The notes beneath the pieces are model-generated. The model was not told the DNA's origin. It saw nothing but the letters and a program-made list of their open reading frames with translations, and ran no database searches. 64,000 nucleotides of DNA from an uncultured Gemmatimonadales bacterium (lineage in GTDB: Bacteria; Gemmatimonadota; Gemmatimonadetes; Longimicrobiales; RSA9), in assembly GCA_963708135.1 (NCBI GenBank), contig OY970192.1, positions 2,816,001-2,880,000 on the forward strand, written 5' to 3'. Made by a program: the position numbers and the translations under genes. Position 1 is the first letter of the stretch; the number at the start of each line of letters is the position of its first letter. Of the stretch, positions 47,779-58,812 are shown one piece after another.

Positions 47779-49602
47779 TCAGGCCGGCTCGAGCACCGCC
47801 AGCAGCTCGGCTCGATCCAGCGTGCCTCGCGCGAGCAGCGCCTCCGCCAGATCGTCCAGCACGCCGCGTCTGGCCTCCAGCACAGCGCAGGCCCGGTCGA
47901 ACGCGCCGCCGAGCAGCGTCTCCACCTCCGCCTCGATCCGCGCCGTGGACTGCTCGCTCCAGCCGCCCTCCTGCCCCCCGCTCCCGGGCGCCGGCTGCTG
48001 CCGCAGGAACGCCACCGGCCCGACGGCCGCCGACATCCCGAACTCGCAGACCATCCGGCGCGCCAGCGCCGTGGCCCGCTCGAGGTCGTTGCTCGCGCCC
48101 GTGGAGAGCTGGCGGAAGACGATGTGCTCCGCCGCGCGCCCGCCCAGGAGCACCGCCAGCCGGTCGAGCAGCTCCTCCTCCTGGAACAGGTGCCGGTCCT
48201 CCGGCGTCTGCTGCGTGTAGCCGAGCGCCGCCAGCCCGCGCGGCACGATCGAGACCTTGCGCACGGGCTCCGCCGTGGGCGCCTCCTCCGCCACGATCGC
48301 GTGTCCCGCCTCGTGGTAGGCGACGATGCGCCGCTCCTTCTCGTTCACCCGCTTCGTCTTCTTCTCCAGCCCGGCCACCACGCGGTCGATCGCGGCGTCC
48401 AGCTCCGGCATGCCGACCGCCAGCTTCTCCCCTCGCGCCGCCAGCAGCGCCGCCTCGTTCAGCACGTTCTCCAGGTCCGCGCCCACGAAGCCCGGCGTCC
48501 GCTGCGCCACCTCCGAGAGGTCCACATCCTCGCCCAGCTTCACCTTGCGCGCGTGCACCCGCAGGATCGCCTCCCGGCCCGGGCCGTCCGGCCGGTCCAC
48601 CAGCACCTGCCGGTCGAAGCGGCCCGCCCGCAGGAGCGCCGGATCCAGGATCTCCGCCCGGTTCGTCGCCCCCATGACGATCAGGCCGTCGCGCGAGTCG
48701 AAGCCGTCCAGCTCCACCAGCAGCTGGTTCAGCGTGTGCTCCCGCTCGTCGTTGCCCCCCATCCCGCCGGCCGGGCCCCGCGTCTTGCCGATCGCGTCCA
48801 GCTCGTCGATGAACACGATCGCCGGCGCCCGCCCCTTCGCCTGCTCGAACAGCTTGCGCACCCGCGACGCGCCCACGCCCACGAACACTTCGATGAACTC
48901 CGCGCCCGACAGCGAGAAGAACGGCACCCCCGCCTCCCCCGCGACCGCCCGGGCCAGCAGCGTCTTGCCCGTCCCTGGCGGACCGACGAGCAGCACCCCC
49001 TTCGGCACCCGCGCGCCCAGCGCCTCGAAGCGGTCCGGCTCGCGCAGGAACTTCACCACCTCCTCGAGCTCCTCCTTGGCCTCGTCCACCCCCGCCACAT
49101 CCTCGAAGCCGGTGGACGACTGCACGCGCGAGTCGCGCACCTTCACGCGCCCCACGCCGGACATGCCGGGCGCGGGATTGAGCTTCTGGAAGCGCAGGAT
49201 GACGAGCAGCAGGATCGCGCCGAGCAGGAGGATCCCGACGACCACGGGCAGCTCCGGGCGGCCGCCGTCCAGCCCGCGGTAGGTCACGCGGTGGGCCTCC
49301 ATGAGCGGCACCAGCGCCGCGTCACCCGGCACGGGCAGCGAGGACCAGAGCGCCGGCGCGCCGGCCTGCCGGGCCGCGGCGGTCGGCACCGCCTCGATGC
49401 GCTCCGGCGAGAGCCGCATCTCCGCCACGTCGCCCGCGGCGATGCGCTCCTTCAGCACGCTGTAGGCGATGTCGGTGGGATGCGTCCGGTGGCAGGCGGC
49501 CAGCGCCGGCAGCACGGCCAGCGCCAGCAGCAGGAGAACCCGGGCGGGGCGGAAGCTGTCGCGAACGCGGCCGGGGCGCCCGGGGCGGGCTGTCATCATC
49601 AT
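47779..49602 (-). CDS. ftsH: ATP-dependent zinc metalloprotease FtsH
   Basis: GPPGTGKT, FVG pore loop, IVFIDELD, SRH (ATNR...DPALLR.GRFDR), HEAGH and GASNDL. Confidence 0.93.
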   Translation of the reverse strand: MMMTARPGRPGRVRDSFRPARVLLLLALAVLPALAACHRTHPTDIAYSVLKERIAAGDVAEMRLSPERIEAVPTAAARQAGAPALWSSLPVPGDAALVPLMEAHRVTYRGLDGGRPELPVVVGILLLGAILLLVILRFQKLNPAPGMSGVGRVKVRDSRVQSSTGFEDVAGVDEAKEELEEVVKFLREPDRFEALGARVPKGVLLVGPPGTGKTLLARAVAGEAGVPFFSLSGAEFIEVFVGVGASRVRKLFEQAKGRAPAIVFIDELDAIGKTRGPAGGMGGNDEREHTLNQLLVELDGFDSRDGLIVMGATNRAEILDPALLRAGRFDRQVLVDRPDGPGREAILRVHARKVKLGEDVDLSEVAQRTPGFVGADLENVLNEAALLAARGEKLAVGMPELDAAIDRVVAGLEKKTKRVNEKERRIVAYHEAGHAIVAEEAPTAEPVRKVSIVPRGLAALGYTQQTPEDRHLFQEEELLDRLAVLLGGRAAEHIVFRQLSTGASNDLERATALARRMVCEFGMSAAVGPVAFLRQQPAPGSGGQEGGWSEQSTARIEAEVETLLGGAFDRACAVLEARRGVLDDLAEALLARGTLDRAELLAVLEPA

Positions 49603-49677
49603 CGATCGTCCATCGCTGGGGACTGCTCGGCTTGGATCGGCTGATACGCCTCGAAACGCCGGCGGTTCCAGAACGGC

Positions 49678-50342
<665 letters not shown>

Positions 50343-50343
50343 G

Positions 50344-51387
50344 TCAGTATCCCTGTCCCTCCAGCTTGGCCTTGCCCCTGAAATGCGCGTACACGTACAC
50401 GAAGTAGCCCACGGCGATGATCATCCCGGGGACCCACCAGATGAGGCCGATCCGGAGCCCGGCGGCCGGGGCGGCGACGGAGTGGATCGTGAGCCCGTAG
50501 ACGGGGTCGGTGTTGGCCGGCAGCACGTACGGGTAGAGGCCGAAGGCCACGCTGGCGAGCATGCCGACGAGGTAGGCGGCGGAGGAGAGGAACGCCAGCC
50601 TCGGGAGCTCGCGGGCGACGCCCCAGCCCACGCCGCCGAGGCCCGCGAGGGCGAGCGCGGCCAGGATGAAGCCGGCGGGCGCTGCGTCCAGGTGCTGCGG
50701 CACGATCGGCTGCACGGCCCAGGTCACGGCGGTGACGACGCCGACGGCCAGGAAGCCGAGGGGCCAGAGGATGCGCGCGGCGCGGTGGGCGCGGGCGGCC
50801 ACGTCGCCTTCGGTCTTGAGCCAGACCCAGAGCGCGCCGTGGAGGGCGAGGGAGAGGAGCGAGGCCAGGCCGATGATGAGCGTGTACCAGTCGAGGATTC
50901 CGGTGCGCTCGCCCACGCGGAAGTGGGTCCAGAGCGGCTCGAAGAACCAGCCGTCGGCGTCGAGCGGCACGCCGCGCACGACGTTGCCGAGCGCGACGCC
51001 GAGGAAGAGCGCGAGCAGCCCGCTCGCGAAGGTGAAGACGACGTCCCAGAACGGCGCCCACACGGGCGCGCGCAGGTGGCTGCGGAACTCGATCGAGATG
51101 CCGCGCAGCACGAGCAGCCAGAGCACCATCATGAGCGGCAGGTAGAAGCCGCTGAAGCTCGAGGCGTAGAGCCCCGGGAACGCGAAGTACAGCGTCCCGC
51201 CCGCGGCGAGCAGCCACACCTCGTTGCCGTCCCAGACCGGGCCGATGGTCCGGAGCACGAGGCGCCGCTCGGCGTCGGTGCGGGCGAGCAGCAGGTGCAG
51301 CGTGCCGGCGCCGAGGTCGAAGCCGTCGAACACCACGTAGCCGCAGATCATGATGGCCACGAGCCAGAACCACAGGGTCTCGAGCAT
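50344..51387 (-). CDS. cydB: Cytochrome bd ubiquinol oxidase subunit II
   Basis: DGFDLG, IGPVWDGNEVW and LRG...EFR. Confidence 0.95.
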   Translation of the reverse strand: MLETLWFWLVAIMICGYVVFDGFDLGAGTLHLLLARTDAERRLVLRTIGPVWDGNEVWLLAAGGTLYFAFPGLYASSFSGFYLPLMMVLWLLVLRGISIEFRSHLRAPVWAPFWDVVFTFASGLLALFLGVALGNVVRGVPLDADGWFFEPLWTHFRVGERTGILDWYTLIIGLASLLSLALHGALWVWLKTEGDVAARAHRAARILWPLGFLAVGVVTAVTWAVQPIVPQHLDAAPAGFILAALALAGLGGVGWGVARELPRLAFLSSAAYLVGMLASVAFGLYPYVLPANTDPVYGLTIHSVAAPAAGLRIGLIWWVPGMIIAVGYFVYVYAHFRGKAKLEGQGY

Positions 51388-51390
51388 GGC

Positions 51391-52824
51391 TCAGGCCCTC
51401 CCTTCGGGCGATGCATCCCGGCCGCCCGCGTACGCCGCCCGCAAGGCGACGCGGCCGACGCCGCCGCCACCGCCGCCACCGCCGCCCGCGCCGCCGCCCG
51501 CCTCCTCCGGCTCCGGGCCGTGCTCGATCTCGCGCCCGACCAGGAACAGGAAGAGCATGCCGAGCACCATGTAGAGGCCCATGAAGCCGAGCAGCGTGAA
51601 CGTGGCGTTGCCCGAGGAGACGGTGGTCGAGATCCCGCCCGACGTGCGCATCAGGCCGTACAGGATCCAGGGCTGGCGGCCCACCTCGGCCGTGATCCAG
51701 CCCGCCGTGTTGGCGATGTAGGGGAACGGCAGCGCGAGCAGCAGCACCCACAGCATGCCGCGCGAGTCGAACAGCGTGCCCCGCCACAGCATCCACGCCG
51801 AGATCACCAGGATCGCGATGAAGATGGTGCCCAGCCCGACCATGATGTGGTAGGCGAAGTAGACGAGCGGGATGTTGTCCGGCCAGTCCGCCTGCGGGAA
51901 GTCCTCCAGCCCACGGACCTCCGCCTCCCAGCGGCGGTAGGTCAGGAAGCTGAGCGCGCGCGGGACCGCCAGCTCGTTGTCCAGCGTGTGCTTCTGCACG
52001 TCGGGCTGCCCGAGGATCACGACGGGCGCGCCGCGCGCGGTGTGGAAGAGGCCCTCCATGGCCGCGAGCGTGACGGGCTGGTAGTCCGCCACCAGCCGCC
52101 CCTGCCGGTCGCCGAGCGGGTAGAGCTGCACGAGGCTCGCGACGACGCCCACCACCACGCCCAGGCGCACGAACGTCCGGCCGTAGCTCTCGTGCCGCCG
52201 CATGAGCAGGTAGTACGCCCCGATCGAGGCCACCGCGAAGCTGCCCGTGATCACCGCCCCGACCATGTTGTGCAGGTACTCCCAGAGCAGCCACGGGTTG
52301 CCGAACAGCCCGCCCAAGCTAGCCAGCGCGAGCGCGCCGTTCGGCCCCGTGACGTAGCCGACCGGGTGCTGCATGAAGGCGTCCGTCGCGATGATGAAGA
52401 AGCCGGACAGCCACGAGCCGATGAAGATGAGCAGCGACGTCGCCCAATGGGCGCGCCGGCTGAGCCGCTGCTCGCCGAACAGGAACAGCCCGAGCACGCT
52501 CGACTCGAGGAAGAACGCGAAGACCCCCTCCATCGCGAGCGGCTGCCCGATCACGCCGCCGGCCGCGCGCGAGAACGTCGCCCAGTTCGTGCCGAACTGG
52601 AACTCCATCGGGATCCCCGTCACCACCCCGACCGCGAAGTTGATGGCGAAGATCCGTGCCCAGAACCGCGCCGCGCGGTCCAGGTGCTCGTTCCCCGTGC
52701 GCCACGCCGCCGTCTTCAGGATGAAGAGCAGCAGCGCCAGGCCCATCGTGAGCTGCGGGAACAGGTAGTGGTAGGTGACCGTGAAGGCGAAGAGAAGACG
52801 ATCCACGGTGACGGGATCGGACAT
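51391..52824 (-). CDS. cydA: Cytochrome bd ubiquinol oxidase subunit I
   Basis: YHYLF, GVVTG.PMEFQFG.NW, E...AFFLES, MQHP, HIMVG and EVGRQPW. GGAGGAG RBS. Confidence 0.95.
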   Translation of the reverse strand: MSDPVTVDRLLFAFTVTYHYLFPQLTMGLALLLFILKTAAWRTGNEHLDRAARFWARIFAINFAVGVVTGIPMEFQFGTNWATFSRAAGGVIGQPLAMEGVFAFFLESSVLGLFLFGEQRLSRRAHWATSLLIFIGSWLSGFFIIATDAFMQHPVGYVTGPNGALALASLGGLFGNPWLLWEYLHNMVGAVITGSFAVASIGAYYLLMRRHESYGRTFVRLGVVVGVVASLVQLYPLGDRQGRLVADYQPVTLAAMEGLFHTARGAPVVILGQPDVQKHTLDNELAVPRALSFLTYRRWEAEVRGLEDFPQADWPDNIPLVYFAYHIMVGLGTIFIAILVISAWMLWRGTLFDSRGMLWVLLLALPFPYIANTAGWITAEVGRQPWILYGLMRTSGGISTTVSSGNATFTLLGFMGLYMVLGMLFLFLVGREIEHGPEPEEAGGGAGGGGGGGGGVGRVALRAAYAGGRDASPEGRA

Positions 52825-53314
52825 GAGCGCGCACTCCTCCGGTGCGGCCGCGCGCCGGCCGGACCACGCCGCCCTGCACGCTGCGCGCGGCTCCGCTGCT
52901 AGTGTGGCGCGCGAGCGGGCCGCGCGCAACCGCGCGCAAGAGCAATCGCGGATGCGGCGTCAGACCGGTAGTTTGGTGATGGGCGCTACGAACTGGGCGT
53001 CGCGACGTGCAATTCCGAGACGGGCTGTTAACGGGCCGCAGCGCCAACTTCGGGTAAGGAGCCACCCATGGTATGGACCACCAGGCTCGGACTGGGTCTC
53101 GCGTTCGCAGCGCTCGTCACAACGACACGCCCCTCGCTACTTGCTGGGCAGGTTCCGGGCAGGGCGAGCCTCTCCATCGGGGGACAGTTCGGTAGAGGGT
53201 CGGGACCGAGTCCGTCGAAGTTCTACGGAGGCTCTCTCACCTTCTTTGGGCCCGCCGGCTGGTCACTCGACGCCCACGTCTATCACGTGCGGCAAGGGAT
53301 CGGAGTGTTGTGCT

Positions 53315-55075
53315 CCTGCCGTATTCACGAGCGGGTTAGTGGAGGGGTTGTGTAGGGCGTAAGCGCCCATGGCGCATCTGCCTGTGTGACCGTAAGATGG
53401 GGGTGCAAACCAAACCATCCTTCCGGACCACACGACAAACACGCCATGGGTGAAGAACAAGGTACACTTTTCCGGCTGGATTTCAACCGTTCGATGGGCG
53501 TGGAGGCGCGACCGGAGCGGCTGACCTCGGACGCGGGCGCGGTGCTGTTGCGTGCGCTGCTGGAGCGGCTGGGCTTCCCGGCGCTGGTCCACCACCACCT
53601 GCACGACCCGCGCGACCCCGCGCGGATCACGCACGACTTCCTCGAGCTGATGCTCACGCAGGTGCTCCTGCTGGCGCAGGGATGGACGGACCAGCGGGAT
53701 GCGGACCTGCTGCGCGCCGATCCGGCGCTGCGCGTGGCCGTGTCGCGGCGCCGGGGGACGGCGCCGGTGCGGGGTGGGGCTGCGGGCGCGGCCTCCGGGC
53801 TGGCCTCTCAGCCAACCCTGTCGCGGCTCCTGGCGGTGCTGGCCGACCCGGGAAACCGGCAGGGCCTTTCCACGCTCCTGCTGCGGGGTGCGGAGCGGCG
53901 GCGGGGCCGGAACGCGCCGCGCGTTGCGGAGGTCACGCTGGATCTGGATTCGCTGCCGGTCGAAGTGCACGGGCTGCAGCCGGGCAGCTCGTGGAACGCG
54001 CACTATGGCTGCTGCTGCTACCACCCGCTGGTGCTGCGCTGGGAGTTGGGAGACTTCCTGGCGGCCGAGCTGCGAGAGGGAAACGCGCACACGGCGCAAG
54101 GCGCGCTGGGCTTTGTGGTCCCCGCGGTGCTCTGGGCGAAGACGCAGGCGGAGCAGGTGTGGCTGCGCATGGATGCGGGATTCCCGGAGAACGAGTTGCT
54201 GGCCACGCTGGAGGACGAGGGCGTGCGCTACGTGGCCCGGCTGCGTGGGAATGCACGCCTGGAGAGACTCGCGGCGCCGTACCTGAAGCGGCCGCCTGGA
54301 CACCCGCCGGCCGAAGGTCGGATCTGGACGCACGAGCTGACCTATGCTGCCGGGCGCTGGGACCATGCGCGCCGGGTGGTGCTCGTGATGCTGGAGCGCT
54401 CGGACGAGCAGGGGGAGCTGTTCCTCGACCATTTTTTCCTGCTCACGAACGCGAGCACCGAAGAGGTAGACGGCCCGGCGCTGCTGGAGCGCTACCGGGC
54501 GCGGGGAGAAGCCGAGCGGGAGTTCGGGGACTGGAAAAGCACGCTGGCGCTGGCGCTCTCGTCGGCGCCGCGGCCCAAGAAGCACTACCGCGGGCGGAGC
54601 GTCGCCACGCCCGAGCCCGACACCGACAGCTTCGGCGCCAACGAGGCGCGCCTGCTGCTGAGCCTCATCGCGGCCAACCTGCTGAGAGCTGGCGCAGAAC
54701 TGGTCTCGTGCGGCGAACGTCAGGTCATGACCCGCCAGCGCTTCCGCCAACTCGTGCTCAAAGCGGCGGGACGCGTGCTGGTGAGCGGCCGACGACTCAC
54801 GCTCGTCATCGACGCGGGCCGCGCGCACCTGTGGCAGCGCTTCTGGCGAGAAATGAGCCGGCGCTACTCGGCCCGCGGCTCCCCCGCCGCCCTGGCCCTG
54901 CCCACTCCAGCGTAGGCCTTCTCGGGCGGGGAGCGATCGGAGCACGGAGCCGTCGGCGGCGCGCCGGGGGAAAGGGGGGCTGTCCCCGTAATCAGCCCGG
55001 GCGCCACGCACGCCGCCGCCGAATTCCAAATCACGCGCTCAATCGGCTCAACCTACGCGTGGTGAATACGGGAGG
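53315..55075 (+). mobile_element. IS1380-family insertion sequence, 1761 bp
   Basis: Inverted repeats CCTGCCGTATTCAC / GTGAATACGGGAGG (13/14 match); 5-bp TSD GTGCT at 53310-53314 and 55076-55080. Confidence 0.92.
53446..54915 (+). CDS. IS1380-family DDE transposase
   Basis: LTSDAG, LASQPTLSR, TLDLDS, YHPL, RMDAGF and Y..RG.AE...K. Confidence 0.93.
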   Translation: MGEEQGTLFRLDFNRSMGVEARPERLTSDAGAVLLRALLERLGFPALVHHHLHDPRDPARITHDFLELMLTQVLLLAQGWTDQRDADLLRADPALRVAVSRRRGTAPVRGGAAGAASGLASQPTLSRLLAVLADPGNRQGLSTLLLRGAERRRGRNAPRVAEVTLDLDSLPVEVHGLQPGSSWNAHYGCCCYHPLVLRWELGDFLAAELREGNAHTAQGALGFVVPAVLWAKTQAEQVWLRMDAGFPENELLATLEDEGVRYVARLRGNARLERLAAPYLKRPPGHPPAEGRIWTHELTYAAGRWDHARRVVLVMLERSDEQGELFLDHFFLLTNASTEEVDGPALLERYRARGEAEREFGDWKSTLALALSSAPRPKKHYRGRSVATPEPDTDSFGANEARLLLSLIAANLLRAGAELVSCGERQVMTRQRFRQLVLKAAGRVLVSGRRLTLVIDAGRAHLWQRFWREMSRRYSARGSPAALALPTPA

Positions 55076-55563
55076 GTGCTATCAGACCGTCCCCGAATCG
55101 CTGATATGCGGCTTCGAAGGGACCGCCATCATGGCCGGCGCAGGAGCCTGGCACACGCTTCACGGCCCGGTCTCGGCCTATGGCAGTCTGCTCGGAGGCC
55201 CCTACAGATCGCGCTTCCTGAGCGGGACTACGCCGGCGCTGGAAGCCGATGCCGGTTCGCGAGTGAGGCTCGGGCGACGGTTCGACGTGCGCGCGGGTGG
55301 TCGGTACATGAAAGCGTTCAATACGGAGTTCAAGCGCCTCCTCGGCCGCGACCAGCACTACTTCTTCTGGGACCTGGGCGCGGAGATCGGCGTGTTCTGA
55401 ACGGAGGGCCTGATTGCCTCCCCCGCGCCACGGCCCTACCATCCGCGGCAAGCCGAACCCGGAAACCTGGAAGCGAGCCGATGTGCGTTCGCCGTGGCGG
55501 GGGCGCGCCCGCCGTTCACGTGAACGCATGCGCATGCGTGCCCGCATGCGAACGAGGTTTCAC

Positions 55564-57654
55564 ATGATCCGCAGCGCTTCGCGGTCGATCCGCACGACTC
55601 ACCTCCCCGCCCTGCTGCTGGCGGCCCTGGCCCTCTCCTCCGCCGCGCCGCTCGCGGCCCAACACCGACCCATCCCCGGCCTCGATGCCGCCGGCATGGA
55701 CACCACCGTCCGCCCCGGCGACGACTTCTACCGCTACGCCAACGGGCGGTGGCAGGAGAACACGGCGATCCCCGCCGACCGCAGCAGCTTCGGCTCCTTC
55801 AGCATCGCGGCGCAGCGCGCCGACAGCCAGGTCACGGCCATCGTCCGGGCGGCCGCGGCGGCGAGCGCGGCCCAGGCGCCCGCCGGCTCGGAGCTGCGCA
55901 AGATCGGCGACTACTACACGGCGTTCCTGGACACGGCGGCCATCAAGGCGCGCGGGCTCCAGCCGATCCGGCCGCTGCTCGCGCGCATCGCGGCCATTCA
56001 CGACCGCACGGCCCTCGCCCGCTTCATCGGCTCGACGCTGCGCGCGGACGTGGACGTGATCAACGACGGCAGGCTGCACACGGACGACCTCTTCGGCCTC
56101 TGGGTGGACCAGGACTTCGATCAGCCGGCGAAGAACTCTGCGGCGCTGCTGCAGGGCGGCATCGAGATGCCCGACCGCGGCTATTACCTGGACCCCTCGC
56201 CGAAGATGGCGGCCATCCGCGAGGCGTACCGCGCCCACGTGGCCCGGATGCTCGGGCTCGCGGGCATCGTCGGGACCGCGGCAAAGGCGGACTCGATCGT
56301 CGCGCTCGAGACCGCGATCGCGAAGACCCACTGGAAGGCCGAGGATTCGTGGGACGTGGTGAAGGGCAACAACCACTGGGCGAGGACGGAGTTCGCGGTG
56401 AAGGCGCCGGGGTTCGACTGGGCCGCGTTCTTCGCGGCGGCGCGGCTGGCGGACCTGGACAGCCTCGTCGCCTGGCAGCCGAGCGCCGTCACCGGGATCG
56501 CGGCGCTCGTGGCCAGCCAGCCGCTCGGGAGCTGGAAGGATCTCCTCACGTACCACGCGCTCGAGCACCATGCGACGGTGCTGCCGCCGGCGTTCGACCG
56601 CGAGCACTTCGCCTTCTTCGGCCGCACCCTCTCCGGCGCGCCCGAGCAGGCCAGCCGCGCCGAGCGCGCCGTCCAGGCGACGAGCGCCGCCCTCGGATTC
56701 GCGGTCGGGAAACGCTACGTCGCCCGCTACTTCCCGGCGAGCGCGAAGGCGAACGCGGAGCGCATGGTGGCCGGGCTCATCCGCGCCTACAACGCGCGCA
56801 TCGACGCGCTCACCTGGATGGCGCCCAGCACGCGCGCGGAGGCGAAGGCCAAGCTGCGCACGATCCGCGCCGCCGTCGGCTATCCGGACGTCTGGCCGGG
56901 CTACACCCCCCTCGTGGTGAAGCCGCGCGACGCGTACGGCAACGCCGAGCGGCTCGAGCGCTTCACGTACGACAACAACATCCGCAAGCTGCACCGGCCG
57001 ACCGACCGCGCCGAGTGGTCCATGACGCCGCAGACGGTGAACGCGGTCAACATGCCGGCCATGAACGCGCTCAACTTCCCGGCCGCCATCCTGCAGCCGC
57101 CGTTCTTCGATCCCGCCCGCACGGACGCCATGAACTACGCGGCGATCGGCGCGGTCATCGGTCACGAGATCAGCCACAGCTTCGACAACCTGGGCGCCAA
57201 CTTCGACGCCCACGGCCGCCTCAGGAACTGGTGGACGAAGGCCGACAAGGCGCACTTCGACTCCGCCACCCGGGCGCTGGTCCGGCAGTACGACGCCTAC
57301 AGGCCGCTCCCCGACGTGGCCATCAACGGCAAGCTCACGCTGACCGAGAACATCGCCGACCTGGCCGGGCTCACCGCCGCCTACGACGCCTGGAAGGCCT
57401 CCCTCGGCGGCAGACCCGCCCCGGTGGTCGGCGGCCTCGCACCGGACCAGCAGTTCTTCCTCAGCTTCGCCCAGGTCTGGCGCACGAAGTTCCGCGAGCC
57501 CGCGCTGCGCCAGAGCCTGCTCACCAACGGCCACTCGCCGGGCCCGTACCGCGCGCGTACGGTGCGGAACCTCGACGCCTGGTACCGGGCCTTCGACGTG
57601 CAGCCCGGGGAGAAGCTCTACCTCGCGCCCGGCTCGCGTGTGAGGATCTGGTAG
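55564..57654 (+). CDS. M13 family metallopeptidase (neprilysin/PepO-like), secreted
   Basis: DDFY.YANG.W, VNA, FPAAILQPPFF, GHEISH, ENIAD and HSP...R. Confidence 0.95.
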   Translation: MIRSASRSIRTTHLPALLLAALALSSAAPLAAQHRPIPGLDAAGMDTTVRPGDDFYRYANGRWQENTAIPADRSSFGSFSIAAQRADSQVTAIVRAAAAASAAQAPAGSELRKIGDYYTAFLDTAAIKARGLQPIRPLLARIAAIHDRTALARFIGSTLRADVDVINDGRLHTDDLFGLWVDQDFDQPAKNSAALLQGGIEMPDRGYYLDPSPKMAAIREAYRAHVARMLGLAGIVGTAAKADSIVALETAIAKTHWKAEDSWDVVKGNNHWARTEFAVKAPGFDWAAFFAAARLADLDSLVAWQPSAVTGIAALVASQPLGSWKDLLTYHALEHHATVLPPAFDREHFAFFGRTLSGAPEQASRAERAVQATSAALGFAVGKRYVARYFPASAKANAERMVAGLIRAYNARIDALTWMAPSTRAEAKAKLRTIRAAVGYPDVWPGYTPLVVKPRDAYGNAERLERFTYDNNIRKLHRPTDRAEWSMTPQTVNAVNMPAMNALNFPAAILQPPFFDPARTDAMNYAAIGAVIGHEISHSFDNLGANFDAHGRLRNWWTKADKAHFDSATRALVRQYDAYRPLPDVAINGKLTLTENIADLAGLTAAYDAWKASLGGRPAPVVGGLAPDQQFFLSFAQVWRTKFREPALRQSLLTNGHSPGPYRARTVRNLDAWYRAFDVQPGEKLYLAPGSRVRIW

Positions 57655-57675
57655 GCGCCGAGCGCTCCTGTCTGC

Positions 57676-58812
57676 TCACGTGGTGGCGCCCGGGCGCGGG
57701 TTGAAGATGTCGGGCCGCGGCGCGCCCACCACCTCGATCAGGCCGAGCATGCCCTTGTGGACCATGCGGCTCAGCGCGTGGTCCACCAGCTTGATGGTCT
57801 CGGGGACCGGCAGCTCCATCTCGAAAACGCCGCAGCTGCCCGGCGGCACGACCATGGTCTGCACGTAGCGCTCCGGGGCGCTCATGACCGCGCCGGCGCG
57901 CCAGGCCTTCGTCCAGACGTTGCCAATGGGATGGAAGTGGCTCGACAGGTTCGGGCCGCCGCAGACGAAGAAGATGCGGAGGGTCTCATCCCGCCGGGCC
58001 TGGATCGAGCCCCAGCGGCTCGGTGTCAGCGCGTCCTTCTCGCCGTTCAGCAGCACGTAGGTCGGGTCCTCGGCGCGCATGGCATCGAAGTCGAAGGTGC
58101 GCATCCCGGGCGCGCCGGCCGCTCCCTTCAAGTAGATCTCGTGCTGGCCAAGGTAGAGCTCGCGATCCACGGGCGGCAGCCCGCCGGGCGGCTCGACCAC
58201 GATCATGCCGAACATCCCCGAGCTGATGTGGAAGTCCAGGTTCGGCACCGCGCAGTGGTAGATGAACGCGCCCGGGTACATGGCCTGAAACTCGACCGAG
58301 GCCGACTTCCCTGGCGCGACGTTCGTCGCCACGCTGCCGCCGCCCGTGCCGTAGACGGCGTGCAGATCCACGTTGTGCGGGAACTGGTTGTCCGCTGCGG
58401 CGTTCAGGGTCAGGTGCACCGTGTCCCCCTGGCGCACCCGGATCATGGGAGCCGGCACCTGCCCGCCGTACGTCATGTAGCGGAAGGCGACGCCGTCCTC
58501 GATCTGAGCTACCACCTCCTTCACGTGTAGCGTGACCTCCACCCGCTTCGGACCTCGCCCCCCGACCGGTGGCGGGAGACGCGTGGGATCCGCCGCCACA
58601 CGCTTGGCCGTGAGCGTGTACTGCTTCCTTGCGGCCGTATCCGGCGCCGCACCGGCACCCGCCGCCGCGCCCCGGCTCGGGCCTCGCGCACCGGCCGCCG
58701 TCCCTGTGCGCCTGCAGCCCGCGCCGCCGAGCACGCCCGCGAGGGCGCCGGCGCCCAGCCGCCTGACGAACTCGCGCCGGGTCCCACCTCGATCCTGCAA
58801 CGCCTCCGACAT
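57676..58812 (-). CDS. nirK: Copper-containing nitrite reductase
   Basis: Tat motif TRREFV. HNVDLH, YHC...H...GM, FHPIG and LVDH supply the type-1/type-2 Cu ligands and catalytic Asp/His. Confidence 0.9.
   Translation of the reverse strand: MSEALQDRGGTRREFVRRLGAGALAGVLGGAGCRRTGTAAGARGPSRGAAAGAGAAPDTAARKQYTLTAKRVAADPTRLPPPVGGRGPKRVEVTLHVKEVVAQIEDGVAFRYMTYGGQVPAPMIRVRQGDTVHLTLNAAADNQFPHNVDLHAVYGTGGGSVATNVAPGKSASVEFQAMYPGAFIYHCAVPNLDFHISSGMFGMIVVEPPGGLPPVDRELYLGQHEIYLKGAAGAPGMRTFDFDAMRAEDPTYVLLNGEKDALTPSRWGSIQARRDETLRIFFVCGGPNLSSHFHPIGNVWTKAWRAGAVMSAPERYVQTMVVPPGSCGVFEMELPVPETIKLVDHALSRMVHKGMLGLIEVVGAPRPDIFNPRPGATT

Larger units (their letters stand above)
53068..55400 (+). pseudogene. Outer-membrane beta-barrel-like protein split by an IS (53068-53314 + 55081-55400)
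   Basis: Removing the IS and one TSD copy restores an in-frame 188-aa ORF (signal peptide ...GVLC|YQTV..., ending WDLGAEIGVF). Confidence 0.8.
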
